Assembly (NCBI GenBank): GCA_000320545.1
Contig: ADNK01003454.1
Coordinates: 1 to 64,000, forward strand
Length of the DNA stretch: 64,000 bases
Origin: Bigelowiella natans CCMP2755
Lineage: Eukaryota; Protista; Cercozoa
Direction: 5' to 3'
Part shown: piece after piece, positions 40,780 to 54,166 of the stretch
Position numbering within the stretch: position 1 is the first letter of the stretch
Layout of the letters: every line of letters starts with the position of its first letter
Notes under the pieces: generated by a model
Told to the model about the DNA's origin: nothing
The model's database searches: none
The model's input: the letters and a program-made list of their open reading frames with translations, nothing else
Made by a program: the position numbers and the translations under genes

Positions 40780-43198
40780 GGACCCTAATGAGGATAAAAA
40801 GATCCCTAAAGCTCCAGTTATTGGGATCCAGATCAACCGCCCCCAAAGGAATCCCACATCTTCAATCAAGAGGGTGACGTATATTTTGTAATTTGTTGTG
40901 TGCTTGAGCCTAAATGAAATGCAGTCATGCCAATTTATAATTTGTGTATTCCCCGTACACATTCATGCTACTGTGGTATGTAAATATTAATCATTACAGA
41001 ATGGTAAGTTTCATAGTGAACTTTTTAGAGTTGTTCCCCCAATCCCCCCCCTTCCCTCCCCACGTTCTAAACACTTATCCGAATGTAAATGGAAGAGGGA
41101 GTGGGAAGTAACAAATTTTGGCGATTTGAAGAGGGATGGTTGCAATCAGCATTTCTAATCACGGTAACGATTGGTTTTCTCTTTATGCAGCCTATGGGAG
41201 AGTGTGACGTTAGGAACTGCTCACTAGCATTTCCGTACAATTTGGAAGTCAGGAATCTTCGCATGAAAATTGAGGAGGAGAAGTATGATGCATTTATGCT
41301 TAGATACATTCACACATTTGTTTGTTCGCGCTTCATACAATTTTGAAACTGAAATATGCAATATGAGACTTGTAAACTATCTAGGAGAGTGTTTTGGACG
41401 TAACTACGATAGTGCATTGCAATCATACCATCACACCTTACAAATCAGTCATACAAAACTTTTTTCCAGCTTTCTGAACACCAAAACCAAAACATTTTGA
41501 ACTTAATCATGAATTTTGTGATCTAGAAACATGGCGAGAGTTCAGTACAGAGAAAAAAACATAACGACAATGTCCTGTCCTAGATGTGAGAAGAATCTTA
41601 GTATAGTTAAAATTCGTCAAGACAAAACTACCCAAACTCCAAAACAAGGTTGGATGATCCTTTGTAACGAGGATCAATACATGCTTCCGAAACATGTTAT
41701 AAACATTAGGAAAGAAGATTATAATTTGGTAAACTCCAACGACCTTATCAGTCTAGTAGAATACCTAACAAGCAGAACATCAGTTTTCACATTTCAAACC
41801 TCTGCGTGTTGTTTTGTAGAAAATGAATGAGGTAGTGTTCATGATATAACAATCGTCAACGCATTATCTACTTCTCATTTTTTACTTCTCATTATTACTT
41901 CTCATTGTATGTATGGTCAACGTTCCATACGTAGGATTGTGCACACGAACTTTGACCCGCCACTTTCTGAACTCATGTGCAAGGTGGAAGATGATGTGTT
42001 GATTGCAATTTTACATTTTTATGTTCAGTTACAGTACACAGTTTGTATCTACAGAACAGTAAATAAGTCAGATTTCATTTTGCAGGTTTAATCAAATTTT
42101 TTGAGATACACAGCTCTTTAATTCGGGATTATTCTTTCTAGCCTACATGATGTAGTGTGTAGAAAACCATTTAGAGCACTTCGAACTCTGAAACACAAAT
42201 TGCGCAATTAATACCATCTTATTATTGACTGTATAGTCCTGGAACATATCTAGGAGCCATAAACTTTGTTAAGATGTTTCAAAGTACGTTGCCCAGATTG
42301 CCCAGTGTTGTTTTTTTCACATACTTCATTGTCCATGCTAGCGATAATAATGAATATAATGAACATGACCATTTACATTATACTTCTGGTGGCTAACATA
42401 ACAATTCCCACAATTTACATTGCTGTGTTCTGTTATGATAACAAAACTGATAACAAAACAGGACATCAATATTTTCAGCAAAGAGCATCCAACGCATATC
42501 AACCCACCGCAGCAGTTATCCCCACCTGCAGTACAGTATCAGGGGCAAGAGCCGTTGCTGGTTCTAATAATCTGCATGCCCAAAACAATGGCTTGGCTAG
42601 CAACATGGAAGTAGAGGGATGTGAGCCAAATCCGATAAGGAATAATTTGCATACCCTCTCACCGGCTTTACAGAATCAGCATCCTCCTCCTTACCGATGG
42701 CTAACACGTCAACAAGGATTTCAAAATGGATTTGCTTCTTCTGTAAGCATTTCATACATTAACACACAAGCACCCCCCCCCATCACCCGCTGCTAATCCT
42801 CGACATCGTCAACCGTGTATTGGACGAAGAATGGTGGGACGCCGACGCCAAGACGGCGAATTGAAGGTCAAGCAGCAGCAGGGATTGAGTATGAATGCCG
42901 GTCCTCGTAGGGAACGCAATCGCACCTTTAGGCGCAATCAGCTGCAACAACAGCAGCAGAATAATACATCCTACAAATTACAGAGTAGCCCTGTACATAT
43001 CTATTCCAGAAAGGACGACAACTTTAGTGACATAGCTCAGGAGGATTCTACACACACACAATCTAGTGATTCACGAAGGGTACAAGTAGTGTCTTTAGCG
43101 CATGACCAAAAGGAAGGGAATTAACAGAAGAAGCAAGAGGGGGAAATGTTGTGTGAATGTGTATATGTATCTCTCTCTCTCTCTCTCTCTCTCTCGAT

Positions 43199-43237
<39 letters not shown>

Positions 43238-46200
43238 ATAAAAACACAAATACAAACACAATTTTTTGATTTTTTGTCTCTTTATCTGTGTCTAATGGAC
43301 TTCAATCAGAAGTGGAAGGGGATTGGGAAGATGAAAATTTTTAAGAAAACCGTACAATATTGCGAATCTAATGAACTGATAATGGTTTTTTATATTGCAG
43401 GCAGCACTAACAACACAGGTGTTGTCGTCATCAGCAAGTTCAACTACGGCCACACCACGCACCGCTGCGAGCCAAATGTTTGCTTCAAGCTTTGATACTT
43501 CTGTTATATTCAATCTCCATGTCACATTCCTTATCCGAGAGACAGGGTGAGGCGCAATACATACAAATGTGGAGATCCGTGAGAATATGCGAGCATGCGT
43601 AGGTGTAAATACAAAAACAAACATTGTTCATAAATCACACCATCACATCTCTAAAATAAAAGTTATCCTAACAGTTCTGGTGTGTAATTGCTGTTATAAT
43701 ATAATAGAATATTGGATAGCGTCTATCACGTTCAGAAAATTTTGAAACTTCACGGATCTTCTGTTGAATTAAAATTCCTTTCAACGGCGGCATCTCAGTC
43801 TACCGCAAATGCTGAGTAAACACAGATAAAGAGGAAAGGGAGAGAGGGAGAAGGGGAAGGTGGAGGGCAGAATGAGAGGGAAGATGTTTAGTGTCTGTGG
43901 TTAGGATTATTGTAATACTAGGAAAAATTTTCTAACATGCTTTTCAACTTGTTCATAGGCAGCATTTGCAGTCCTCTACATATCAAAGTCTCCCTCCTCA
44001 CTCTCCAACGGAAAAGAGCACATACGTTGTGGAGATTCGGTTTCCTGGGAAAAACTACAACGATATAGCAGATCGCCAAAGCTGCGAAAGATGTGTAGCT
44101 GCCGCATTCAAAAAGGTGAGAAGAACACTAGTATTCATTTTGGAAGTTTTTAAATCTGCTACTATTACTATCGGTCTATAGTACAATTTACCAGTAACAA
44201 TATATTCAATTCTGACACGAAAGGCCAAAATTCCGTGGTCTTGCGTGCGGCATTATACTACCCGTCCTGGGTCTATTATTTGGGTAATATTAAATAGTTT
44301 CTCCTCATTCTATTATGCTGGGCTTGATGACAACCATTACATGCTTGCATCATGTAGCACAATTTTCATACATCCAAATCATAGTATATAGCGCAGCTAA
44401 TGTCATTTCGTTACCAGAGGAGCTCACTAAAATTTGCTAGTGTTCTTACGTTACATTATGATAAAATAATGTTGCTAAATTCTTGCACGTCCTCCACAAA
44501 CTTACGTAATTCCTGATATTTGACACACACAATATGAATAGACATTGCTTCTATTCTTCATGGAGGCAGATCAGGACGAAGTATTGACCAGACTCGATGC
44601 CCTCAAGCAATTCAGTACTTATCGCATGGTTGGGGAGCTACAAAGCGAATATACACCCCAAGTTACCATTGTCCCTGCAGAAGACTATTCATCTATGTCG
44701 TCATTTGTGCCATCCTCCTCATCCTCCGCATTATCATTGGACCCCCCGGACTCATCAGAAGAGATAATTGCAGAGTTTGAGTGGCGAGTTTCCACTTCCA
44801 AAGTTCAATACCAACGTTTGTGCCGTCTCTTTGAAGCCAAAGGAATCGTGAATACGCTGTTGCAAAACAGAGGGGTTGGCATAAGAGGAGACCGGGAGAA
44901 AGATGATGTTAGCGGAGAAACAAGATTTCCAATGAATAAAAATTGCCTAGCATCCTCATTGCTTCTTCAGCGTCCACCATTCCATACGATAACGTTTAAA
45001 GTAGTTTATCTCGGAAGCTTTTGCAGCGATGACCTTCTTCCGGAGTGCTTGGAGGGGGCTTTACAGTAGTTCAACAAAAATAGAACCAACCATTTTATTA
45101 TATATTAATATTTTTTTAAGAAATCTCATCATAAATCCTTAATCAGTTGCTTAGTCGCAATTTGTCCTCTTCCTCTCCTCCCCCATAACCTATGGTTATG
45201 CCACCAGGTTCCCGTGCGATCTTAATGATAATAGTCTTCCATACTCTGTGGGAGATATTATCTTCAATTATGCTGGCCTTTTATTCCATAATGGAGATTC
45301 AGATGCTTCAGCTGCGTATGTGTCTAGTGCAGAATTTAATTCTCATGACAATCAAAATGGTAGATAGCGGTAGACTGGAAAGTAGGGGGAAGAGAAAGGG
45401 AAGCTGATACACCATATTTTAGCGAGATTGAAAATTGAACTAAAATATCCAGCGAACTAAGATTAGATGGGAGATCTACATTCTTTTCGATCATCCCCAT
45501 CGACCGAGCGCCTTAGTGTGAAACTGAAAGTAAGAGTTTGTTTTACAGGATTGATTCAAAACTTCGAGAAGGTGGCCAATGATAGTACTAGCAGCGAAGA
45601 GAAGTGGGATGATGAAGACATTCCAAATTTTCATATCACTAATGGCAACGACACATACGATGATGAAGTCGATCGTTGCAACAAATTCGAAGTAAAAATG
45701 TCTAGAGTAACCCCTGCTTGTCACGAGCACAGGAATCCTCCTCCTCGTCAGCCTACTTATTACCGCAATAGCTCGGCATGTATTGAACACTCTTTGTTCC
45801 GAAGATCAAGCATTACTTTAAATATTGCTGAAAATATCGATGATAAAATTACCAAGGATTCTTGGCAATCATCGAAAACGGAAAAATCTTTCTCATTTTT
45901 TGGGTGCGTATGCGACTCTAATTACAGCGACGATGATAATAATCGTATTCCTTCTCGCTCAAAGGCTGCGCAGATGTCGGATATGGCTATGACGGCAACA
46001 GTAGGGCACAGGCGAAATAGATGTCTTTCAGTGAATTCTATTAGTAGTAATGCAGAATATATTCAGCAAACTCAGAGTAAGACGAGAACAATGGGAAGCT
46101 GGGCAAAGATAATGAAAATGATTTGGGGAAAGAAGAATACAGCTACAAATAAACCATTTAGTACGGATCGGTCCATGACGAAACAAAGCGGATATTTGAG

Positions 46201-46801
46201 ACGGGATTTGACGAGAGGTGCAGGAGTATCAACCACTGGCAGCAACACTGTGGTTGGCAGTAGGTGGCAGCAATACCGCTGTGGAAGCAGCACCGAAGAT
46301 GACATAAAGCAACGAAGCTTCACCGGGAAAGCAAAAAACCCTAAGAATCTACATCATGAGAGAATTCCAAAGGGACAGAGCACTGAGACCATGGTGAAGA
46401 ACACCCAAAATCGAGGACAACGCCCAAACAGCTTTGATGAAGGGCAGAAGAAGGATAAAGATTCAGACGATATTGATTATTGCCGTAAAGCTTATCAGCA
46501 ACTTCATGCAAATGGGATTGTAAAAAACTATAGCATGTTTTGTGATAAGAGACCTCATTTAGTACCCATTCGGGCTGTCTCTCACGCTGTGGCTTCTGAA
46601 ACCATCAAGCCCGAAGTAGAGATCAGCTCTACTAAACCCAGCATCACTATCACAGCATCAGGTCTAACCGCTACGGGTGGTAGCGGATGGGGAGATGGAA
46701 AAGTATCTGTAATAGACGGCTCTACAGCAGGGATAGTTGGAGGAGATAGTAACAATTACATTAAGCAGGTGGTACCACACGAGTCGCATGGTGGAAGGTA
46801 G
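40780..46801 (+). CDS. Large multi-exon hypothetical protein (or proteins), largely disordered; 5' end uncertain
   Basis: Exon-like ORFs at 41525-41695 (CPRC), 42470-42740, 42830-43080, 43400-43545, 43960-44115 and 44570-45000, and a long terminal ORF ending in TAG at 46801. No clear family. Confidence 0.5.
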
Positions 46802-46885
46802 TAATGGATTTATGTGGTCATAGGTGGATCTTTAATCTTGTGTGTTAATATGACATACTTGCTACAACATTCAGTGTTTATTGCA

Positions 46886-46918
<33 letters not shown>

Positions 46919-47138
46919 ATTTAGCAGTGAATGCAACGAGTACATGTTGCACACTCAATCAATGCTACACCTAAATAGGAAGACATAATTGTGAGATGTT
47001 ACAATGATGAGTGTACAGCATGGCAAGGCTAAGGCATTCCGCTACCAACATCTTGACGAAGTGCACAGTCTAGATCATTATGCACACCATTGCACATGCA
47101 CAATAAATGTCATGGATAATTGTGGATGCAGTGAATAT

Positions 47139-47515
47139 CTAGCTCTAGCTCAACGTCATCATTAGCATTGCATGCTGGCATGCATGGCGGAAATGACGAC
47201 GAAAACTCTCTAGCTCTAGCGAAGCGGGTTCTTTTCACTTTGTTCGTGTTCATTCGTGCAATTGAGACAATCTAGCAGTGCTAGCAAGCTAGAGTGCACG
47301 CTAGCACGACGGCTGCCAACAAGACCAACAAACCCTCTAGCCCTCTAGCTAGCTAGCTAGCTCTAGAGCTAGCCCTTCCAGCCTTGCGAAGGTGTCTGGG
47401 TAGTGCTTCATCTTGCTAGCTTGATTCATGCTAGCATGGGTGTCAAACTAGCTAGCTAGCTCTAGAGCTTGTTAGCTAGACTGTTCTGGTGTCAGAAGAG
47501 ACATCACAACTCTAG
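47139..47515. repeat. CTAG-rich tract including (CTAG)n runs
   Basis: About 23 CTAG in about 380 bp by hand count. ctagctagctagctctagagct occurs at about 47349 and at 47448. Confidence 0.85.
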
Positions 47516-47655
47516 CTGGGACCGTGCGTGCAACAATGAACAATGAACAATGAACAAAGCGTTGATCAAAAACCACACGCGCCAGAACCACATGGGAGAC
47601 AGAGTGAACAATGATGACGAACTGCATTTCCAAAACGTTGCAAGACACTTGCAGT

Positions 47656-48298
47656 GAAACAATGAAACAATGAAACAATGAAACAATGATGAAGAACAGC
47701 GTTTCCAAAGTGTTGCAAGACGTTTGCAGTGTGCAAAGTGCAGTGCCTCGAACTGGCTTCAGTGAGGACTGTGACCAGCAAATCAACCAGCAGGTTTGCC
47801 AAAAAGGCATGCTAGCATGACTTGGTCATTGGGAAGCAATGACACCAGCGGCAAAATTCTGACGGCGCAAGACCTCCACTCTGAGCAAAAACTTCCTGAA
47901 GGCCATGTCCACACGACGATCTGCGTTTGGATCACCTGAGGGGGCCCCCAGCAGAACTTTGGTTTTGGAGGAGTCTGGAGCGTCAAAGAATGAAGAGTGG
48001 AGGGAAGAAGCTGAACCCAGAGCCAACCTCATGTGCGAGAGAAGTTTGCATCTCTCTGCATTCAAGTGAATGCAATGATGGATGAGGTGGTTGACACTTT
48101 GAGCAACTTCAGCATTGCAAAGAGGACACACCGAGGAAGAGGGGGGCAAATTGTGAACTTTGGCCCTGTGCTCTTCAGTTTCGTGAGTCCCAGCGAGCGG
48201 AGCTGAAGTTTGAGCAACACTCCTGAATTGTCATGCCAATCATCAAGATGACACTCAAACAATCTGGAAGCTGGCCTTCCAATGTGGCTCTTCGCCCA
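47656..48298 (-). mobile_element. 5'-truncated non-LTR retrotransposon copy 1: ORF2 C-terminus with CCHC zinc knuckle, 3' UTR and (CATTGTTT)n tail
   Basis: FECHLDDWHDNSGVLLKLQLRS..(frameshift)..CPLCNAEVAQSVNHLIHHCIHLNAERCKLL...* matches the CX2C-X9-H-X4-C knuckle found downstream of LINE reverse transcriptases. Four 8-bp tail units at 47656-47687. Confidence 0.8.
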
Positions 48299-48660
48299 GA
48301 AACAATGAAACAATGAAACAATGATGAAAAACCACACTTCCAAAGTGTTGCAAGACACTTGCAGCGTGCAAAATGCAGTGCCTCGAACTGGTTTCAGTGA
48401 GGACTGTGACTAGCAAATCAACTAGCTGGTTTGCCAAAATGGCATGACTTGGTCATTGGGAAGCAATGACACCAGCGGCAAAATTCTGACGGCGCAAGAC
48501 CTCCACTCTGAGCAAAAACTTCCTGAAGGCCATGTCCACATGACGATCTACGATTGGATCATCTGAGGGGGCCCCCAGCAGAATTTTGGTTTTGGAGGAG
48601 TCTGGAGCGTCAAAGAATGAAGAGTGGCGGGAAGAAGCTGAACCCAGAGCTGATCTCATG
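48299..48660 (-). mobile_element. 5'-truncated non-LTR retrotransposon copy 2, in direct tandem with copy 1
   Basis: Near-identical to 47664-48035. Three tail units at 48299-48322 abut the truncated 5' end of copy 1. Confidence 0.8.
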
Positions 48661-48957
48661 TGGCTCTGGGTTTGCAGTGTGATGACCGGGAGCACATTGG
48701 GACTACAGTGACTACTAACCCGTTACTACCCGATTTCCATATTAAAACCGGGAGTACATTGGGACTAACCGTCACTACCCTAAAGCAGCTCACACAGAAG
48801 AAGAGTGTCACCTCCTCCCTCCTCCTCCTCACTGCTCTGCCTACGGATGATACGCAGGGGAGCGAATTCGACACAACCCAGCCCTATGGAATGCTCGTGA
48901 AGTCCTCTACAAAAATGGAGGAGTGTAACAGGATCTTTCGTCAACATCAACCTCAGA

Positions 48958-49087
48958 ATGGATGATGATGTTAAGGAAGAGCAACAGCAAGAGCAACAGG
49001 CCGAGGGAAAGAATGAGCAATTCTCATCACCAAACAAACGGCTACATTGTATTCCTCATTTTGTTCGTTCTTTCTGCTATGACCCCG

Positions 49088-49141
<54 letters not shown>

Positions 49142-50582
49142 ATAGCAGTATTTGGTACAAAGTACTTTATAAACAGCAATTTGGATGATGTTGTGTGGTG
49201 GACAACAACCTACTAATTGTATGATTGACTGGACAAACAGCTTGAAACATATTCATAGTTGTGGTAGTAATGAAGCATATTTAACATCAACACGCTGGCA
49301 TCATGTTCATTAACATTATTATCCGTGGTCTTCTTCCATACTTATCAAATCCATACAGCATCACCATTGTAATAATCCAATACTACTACTGCTACTACTA
49401 CTATTACTACTACTACTACTTACTACTACTACTTACTACTGCTGCTACTGCTACTACTACTACCACTACTACCAGGAAATAATCTCAAGGAATCGACGAA
49501 AAAACTATCACTTGAATAGTAGTAGTACCCTCAGCAGCAGCAGCAGCAGCAGCAGCCAGGCATTAGCGACAAGGAAGATTGTTCCAGGCGAAATGATAAG
49601 AAGAGGGGTTTCAGTAGTAGGCTGTATGCAACGAAGAGAACAACAGCGTCCTGGTGCAATGCGGATGATAAACTACCTTCGTGGCGGGATAAAGTTTATT
49701 AGAGGAAGGAAGCGTATCTCTTCTTCTTCTTCTAGCTATAACAGCCGTCGTTTTGATGGCATCAGAAAGACTACATTGCTTCGATTCGTAAGTTTCTTGT
49801 CGCCATCGTCGTCGAAATCCTCGAGGAAAACAATGCGCCCTCCTCACATACTACTTCGCTGTCTAGGTGATTACTCGAAAGACTTTTTGTTTCGTAATAT
49901 TTTGGTTTTGGGGAATATGTTGTGATAGTAGTGATGATTATGTTGTGATACGTATGCATAATGCCTGTTAGAGCTGCGTGGAGGATTGTCAAGATCTGAT
50001 AAACTCCTACTTGAGAAAGCTGGTCTTGGAGCTGCAGAGATCTTTGGCCACAGTGGGGGTAGTAGTAGTAGTAGTAGCTGAAGGAATAATTTATTTACGA
50101 TGTCTGTCCTTGTTTAAAGGAGAGAGAAAGCTATGATCGAATATACCTCTTCATCGTCTTTGCGTTCATATTGCTGGTTCTTCACATATGAAGTATAGCC
50201 ACACTCTAAAAAAGATCTTATATCTAGCTCAATTGAAAGAGTGCTACTTCTGTTATTCACGACTAGTCCGTAGGTTGTTGTCGTTATCGTCTTCTATGTT
50301 TTTATTCCCCTCATACCTCTGCTGATGTTTGCAATTGGTATTCTTGAAGATAACGAAACTCTTAGCAATGCCGAGAGAAAGTGGTTGATGCAGGTGCTAC
50401 TTACTAATAGATCTATCTATAGCTGTGCCTGCTCTATTCCAATCGATTGGCAACTTCATGATCGTTGTTTCTTTTACTCTTGTGACAAATTATTCAAGGA
50501 TGATCTGTTACTAATCGTAATGATGGTATTGATGATAATGATGATAACTGTGTTCATCATTGATGTGCGCTTCTTGGTTTTC

Positions 50583-50629
<47 letters not shown>

Positions 50630-50917
50630 CCATCTCTCTCTCCCTCCCATTCTCAAATACAGCTGACTTCTGATATTGATATGGCTGCTATACGGAATAT
50701 GTCTGCGGAAGATCGGATGCAAGCGTAATACTTGCTTGTAATCGATGATGCCAATTAATAATAAATAGCATCATCAAATATTAGAGCAAAGCAGCCAATC
50801 CATAAGCTATATGTACTACTACCATTACTCGATGATGATGATGATGATGATGTTAATGATGATGATGATGGTTTTATCTTTTCCTTCCATGATTACAACG
50901 ACGATCATGATAGTTAG

Positions 50918-50957
<40 letters not shown>

Positions 50958-51701
50958 TGGAAATAGCTGTAATAATTCGAGTTGAAATTGAAAATATTAG
51001 CGAATTAGAGGCCTTTGACCGTTTGGAACGTAATCTTACAGAAGATGCATTGCAAAAGTAGTACTAAGAGCTTATTGAGAAGAAGAGAATATAAAGAGAA
51101 ATTATAATGATGCATGTCCACTGATCTCAAGAATATCAAGAGAAATTATAATGATGCATGTCCACTGATCTCATCATCAATCGCCCTGATCCTGATATTC
51201 TTCTTCATCTTCTAGATTGATTACTTATTTGTTGTCCTCTCATTATTATTACTCCTCCTCATCATCATCATCACCAGTGAGCTACACTACTCACCTGCAT
51301 CAAATATGTCGAAGGAAGAAGCTATGCAGCTACTTGCATCTCAAGTATATAAAGATGATGCAGAGGAAGGGGGGGGGGGTGATGAAGAAGAGGTTTCAGG
51401 GCAGAGAAGACCAGATAATATCATCGAGAAAGAGCAGATATCTATCAACAACGTCACAGAATCACCACCACAACCTCGCCAAGCAACATCAGCGGGCATA
51501 TCATCACCGGTAGTAATTATGAATCTATATTGCTACTTTTGCGATGACAACAAAGAAAGAGAAGAAAATGGTGAGGAGGAGGAAGAAGAAAACGATTGTA
51601 GAATATTACAGCAGCTACCAGGCCATTTTGTTAATTATTTTCATCGTAAGAACCCCAGCAGTAGCAGCAATACACTGATGGTAACACTGAAGTTTATATA
51701 T

Positions 51702-51740
<39 letters not shown>

Positions 51741-51883
51741 GTGTGCTGCCAGCACACTCATCATCCAGCACACTCATCATCATCATCATCATCATCATCA
51801 CTATTATTATCATTATCATTATCATTATCATCATTGACTAACACCAATTATAACTACTGGTTACTCTCGTTCTCCTTCTTCTT

Positions 51884-51914
<31 letters not shown>

Positions 51915-52127
51915 TAAAAATACATTAACAGGAAGCTGCTGCATCATTTCATTCTGGCAAAGACAACAACGATGATGATGATAATGATGATGATGATGAT
52001 CAATATCGTAATTTAACGGTTAGGAATCTGAACAAGCATACTTTACATCCCAAAGATAACGGTGGGGAGCAACAAGAAGAAGAAAATGATGATGAGAGAG
52101 TGATGCGTAACAAATACTTCAAGTTGT

Positions 52128-52189
<62 letters not shown>

Positions 52190-52454
52190 ACACAAGAGTG
52201 TTATGATCACTTCTCATTCTTATTCTTATTATCATCCTACTCCTCCTAATCCTTCTCCTTGATGTTTCTTACTTATTGTGATAGTATCATCATCAGAGAA
52301 TGTGGGTGGTTATCATCTTCCTATAAATCATCATCATCATCATAATGATAATGTCACAGTATTCAAAGATGAGCTTGAACGGGTTGTTGTAGTAGTAGTG
52401 GCTATAGTTGTTATTGTTCTTGATAATATCATCATCATTCATGTAAACCAGCCT

Positions 52455-52508
<54 letters not shown>

Positions 52509-53135
52509 TCCTCCCCTTTTTATGCCTCCCACTTGCTCAATACTGTCGTGTTAGAAATTGAATCAAATGTTTAAGCAGCTGGTGGTTGGTGTTGTTTGTT
52601 TCTTCCTCCTCCTTCATCGTAATGTATCCTACTACTATTCAATAATAATAACAACAACAACAATAATAATAATAATAATAATAGGACATAGCGTTGTTTA
52701 AGGCCAGTTGGCCTCAACCCAACCCCATCGATGATGAGGAGATATCACAATACCTGATATTTAATTTGGTAGTAGCAATTAAGAGATAATACCACCATAG
52801 AGTTGTTACGTGTGAATGATCTTAATCAACCATGTTAATGTTGTGATGATGATGATGCTACTGAGCATGATGATGATGAGGTGGTGGTGGTGGAGGAGGA
52901 GGAAGTAGGGAAAGATTATCCTTCTTTTTATCTCGTATTTTAGCTGCTGTAATTCTCCTTTTATTGTCTTCCTAATGATATTTTTCCTCATTTAACTAGT
53001 TAACCACCTTTGTTATATGGTTTACAATGAGTTTATTACTTTATCAATGTTTGATACAATACACTGCTGCTTGCCAACCATTCATTATACACTGCCAAAG
53101 TCACAACTGGAGACGATAGATGACAAATCAATTGG

Positions 53136-53173
<38 letters not shown>

Positions 53174-54135
53174 CAATCAATGACTCAAATAACAAAGGAG
53201 TATTCATTTTCCAAAACCATCAATTCCCACAAGTTAATAAGAAAGAAAGAAAGAAAGAAAGTCAACAACGTCGTATTCTTCTTCTTCTTCAACTTCTTCT
53301 TCTTCTTCTTCTTCTTAGGTTGGATGATAATGCTTGCGTGTTTGTTGATAATAACATCTTAGTTGGATGATAATGCTTGTGTGTTTATTGATAATAACAT
53401 CTTACAGACTCACACCTGATTGGATGTGGGAATATGATGCTATGTACGACGGTAGTACCTCTATCATCATCATCATCATCATTATGTTAATACTACTATG
53501 CGATATTATTATATATGCTTAGTACTGCTTTAGTAATCACCGCACCTCCTCCTCCTCCTCCTCCTTTTTCTTTTCCTCTTCTGATTTGAAAGAACCTATG
53601 GAATTGAACGTACGATTGAGCCGTGCGGTAAGTGTTACAACAACAGTGTCTTAGAAACTATCATGATAATCATGATAATCATGATGATGATGATGATGAT
53701 GGATGATGATGATGATGATGATGGATAAGCAGGTTCGTAAAAACGATACAAATACTGCTTTGTTAATATGGCAAAAATTGGAACAAGACGTAAGTGAAAA
53801 GAAGAACAAGAAGAAGAAGCAGCAGCAGCGTCCAATATATCGTTATCATCATTGTTGTGTTGTTGTTCTCGTCTTTGTAATCTGATAATACTCTTCCGTA
53901 AGACTACTAATCATTGCCAAATCCCACTTACTACTACCACTACTACCACTACTACCACTACTATTACTATAGGAAAAAGACAACACAATGGCTAGATCTG
54001 TGAGATCTTACAATGTCGGTCAAAGATTCTATTAGACCTCTCTGTATCTTTGCTGCTGCTTTGGAAGAGTAGCATGATTATGGCAGCTGATTGATTTATT
54101 ATTATTCACAACTACTACCATTGTTTTATGTTTTA

Positions 54136-54166
<31 letters not shown>

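Noticed and set aside
47521-48700. ADAR hyper-editing of retroelement RNA as the cause of the A-to-G changes
   Set aside because: Both TA-to-TG and TA-to-CA occur within the same copy, a TIR element and flanking DNA are also affected, and TAG (the favoured ADAR context) is the spared one.
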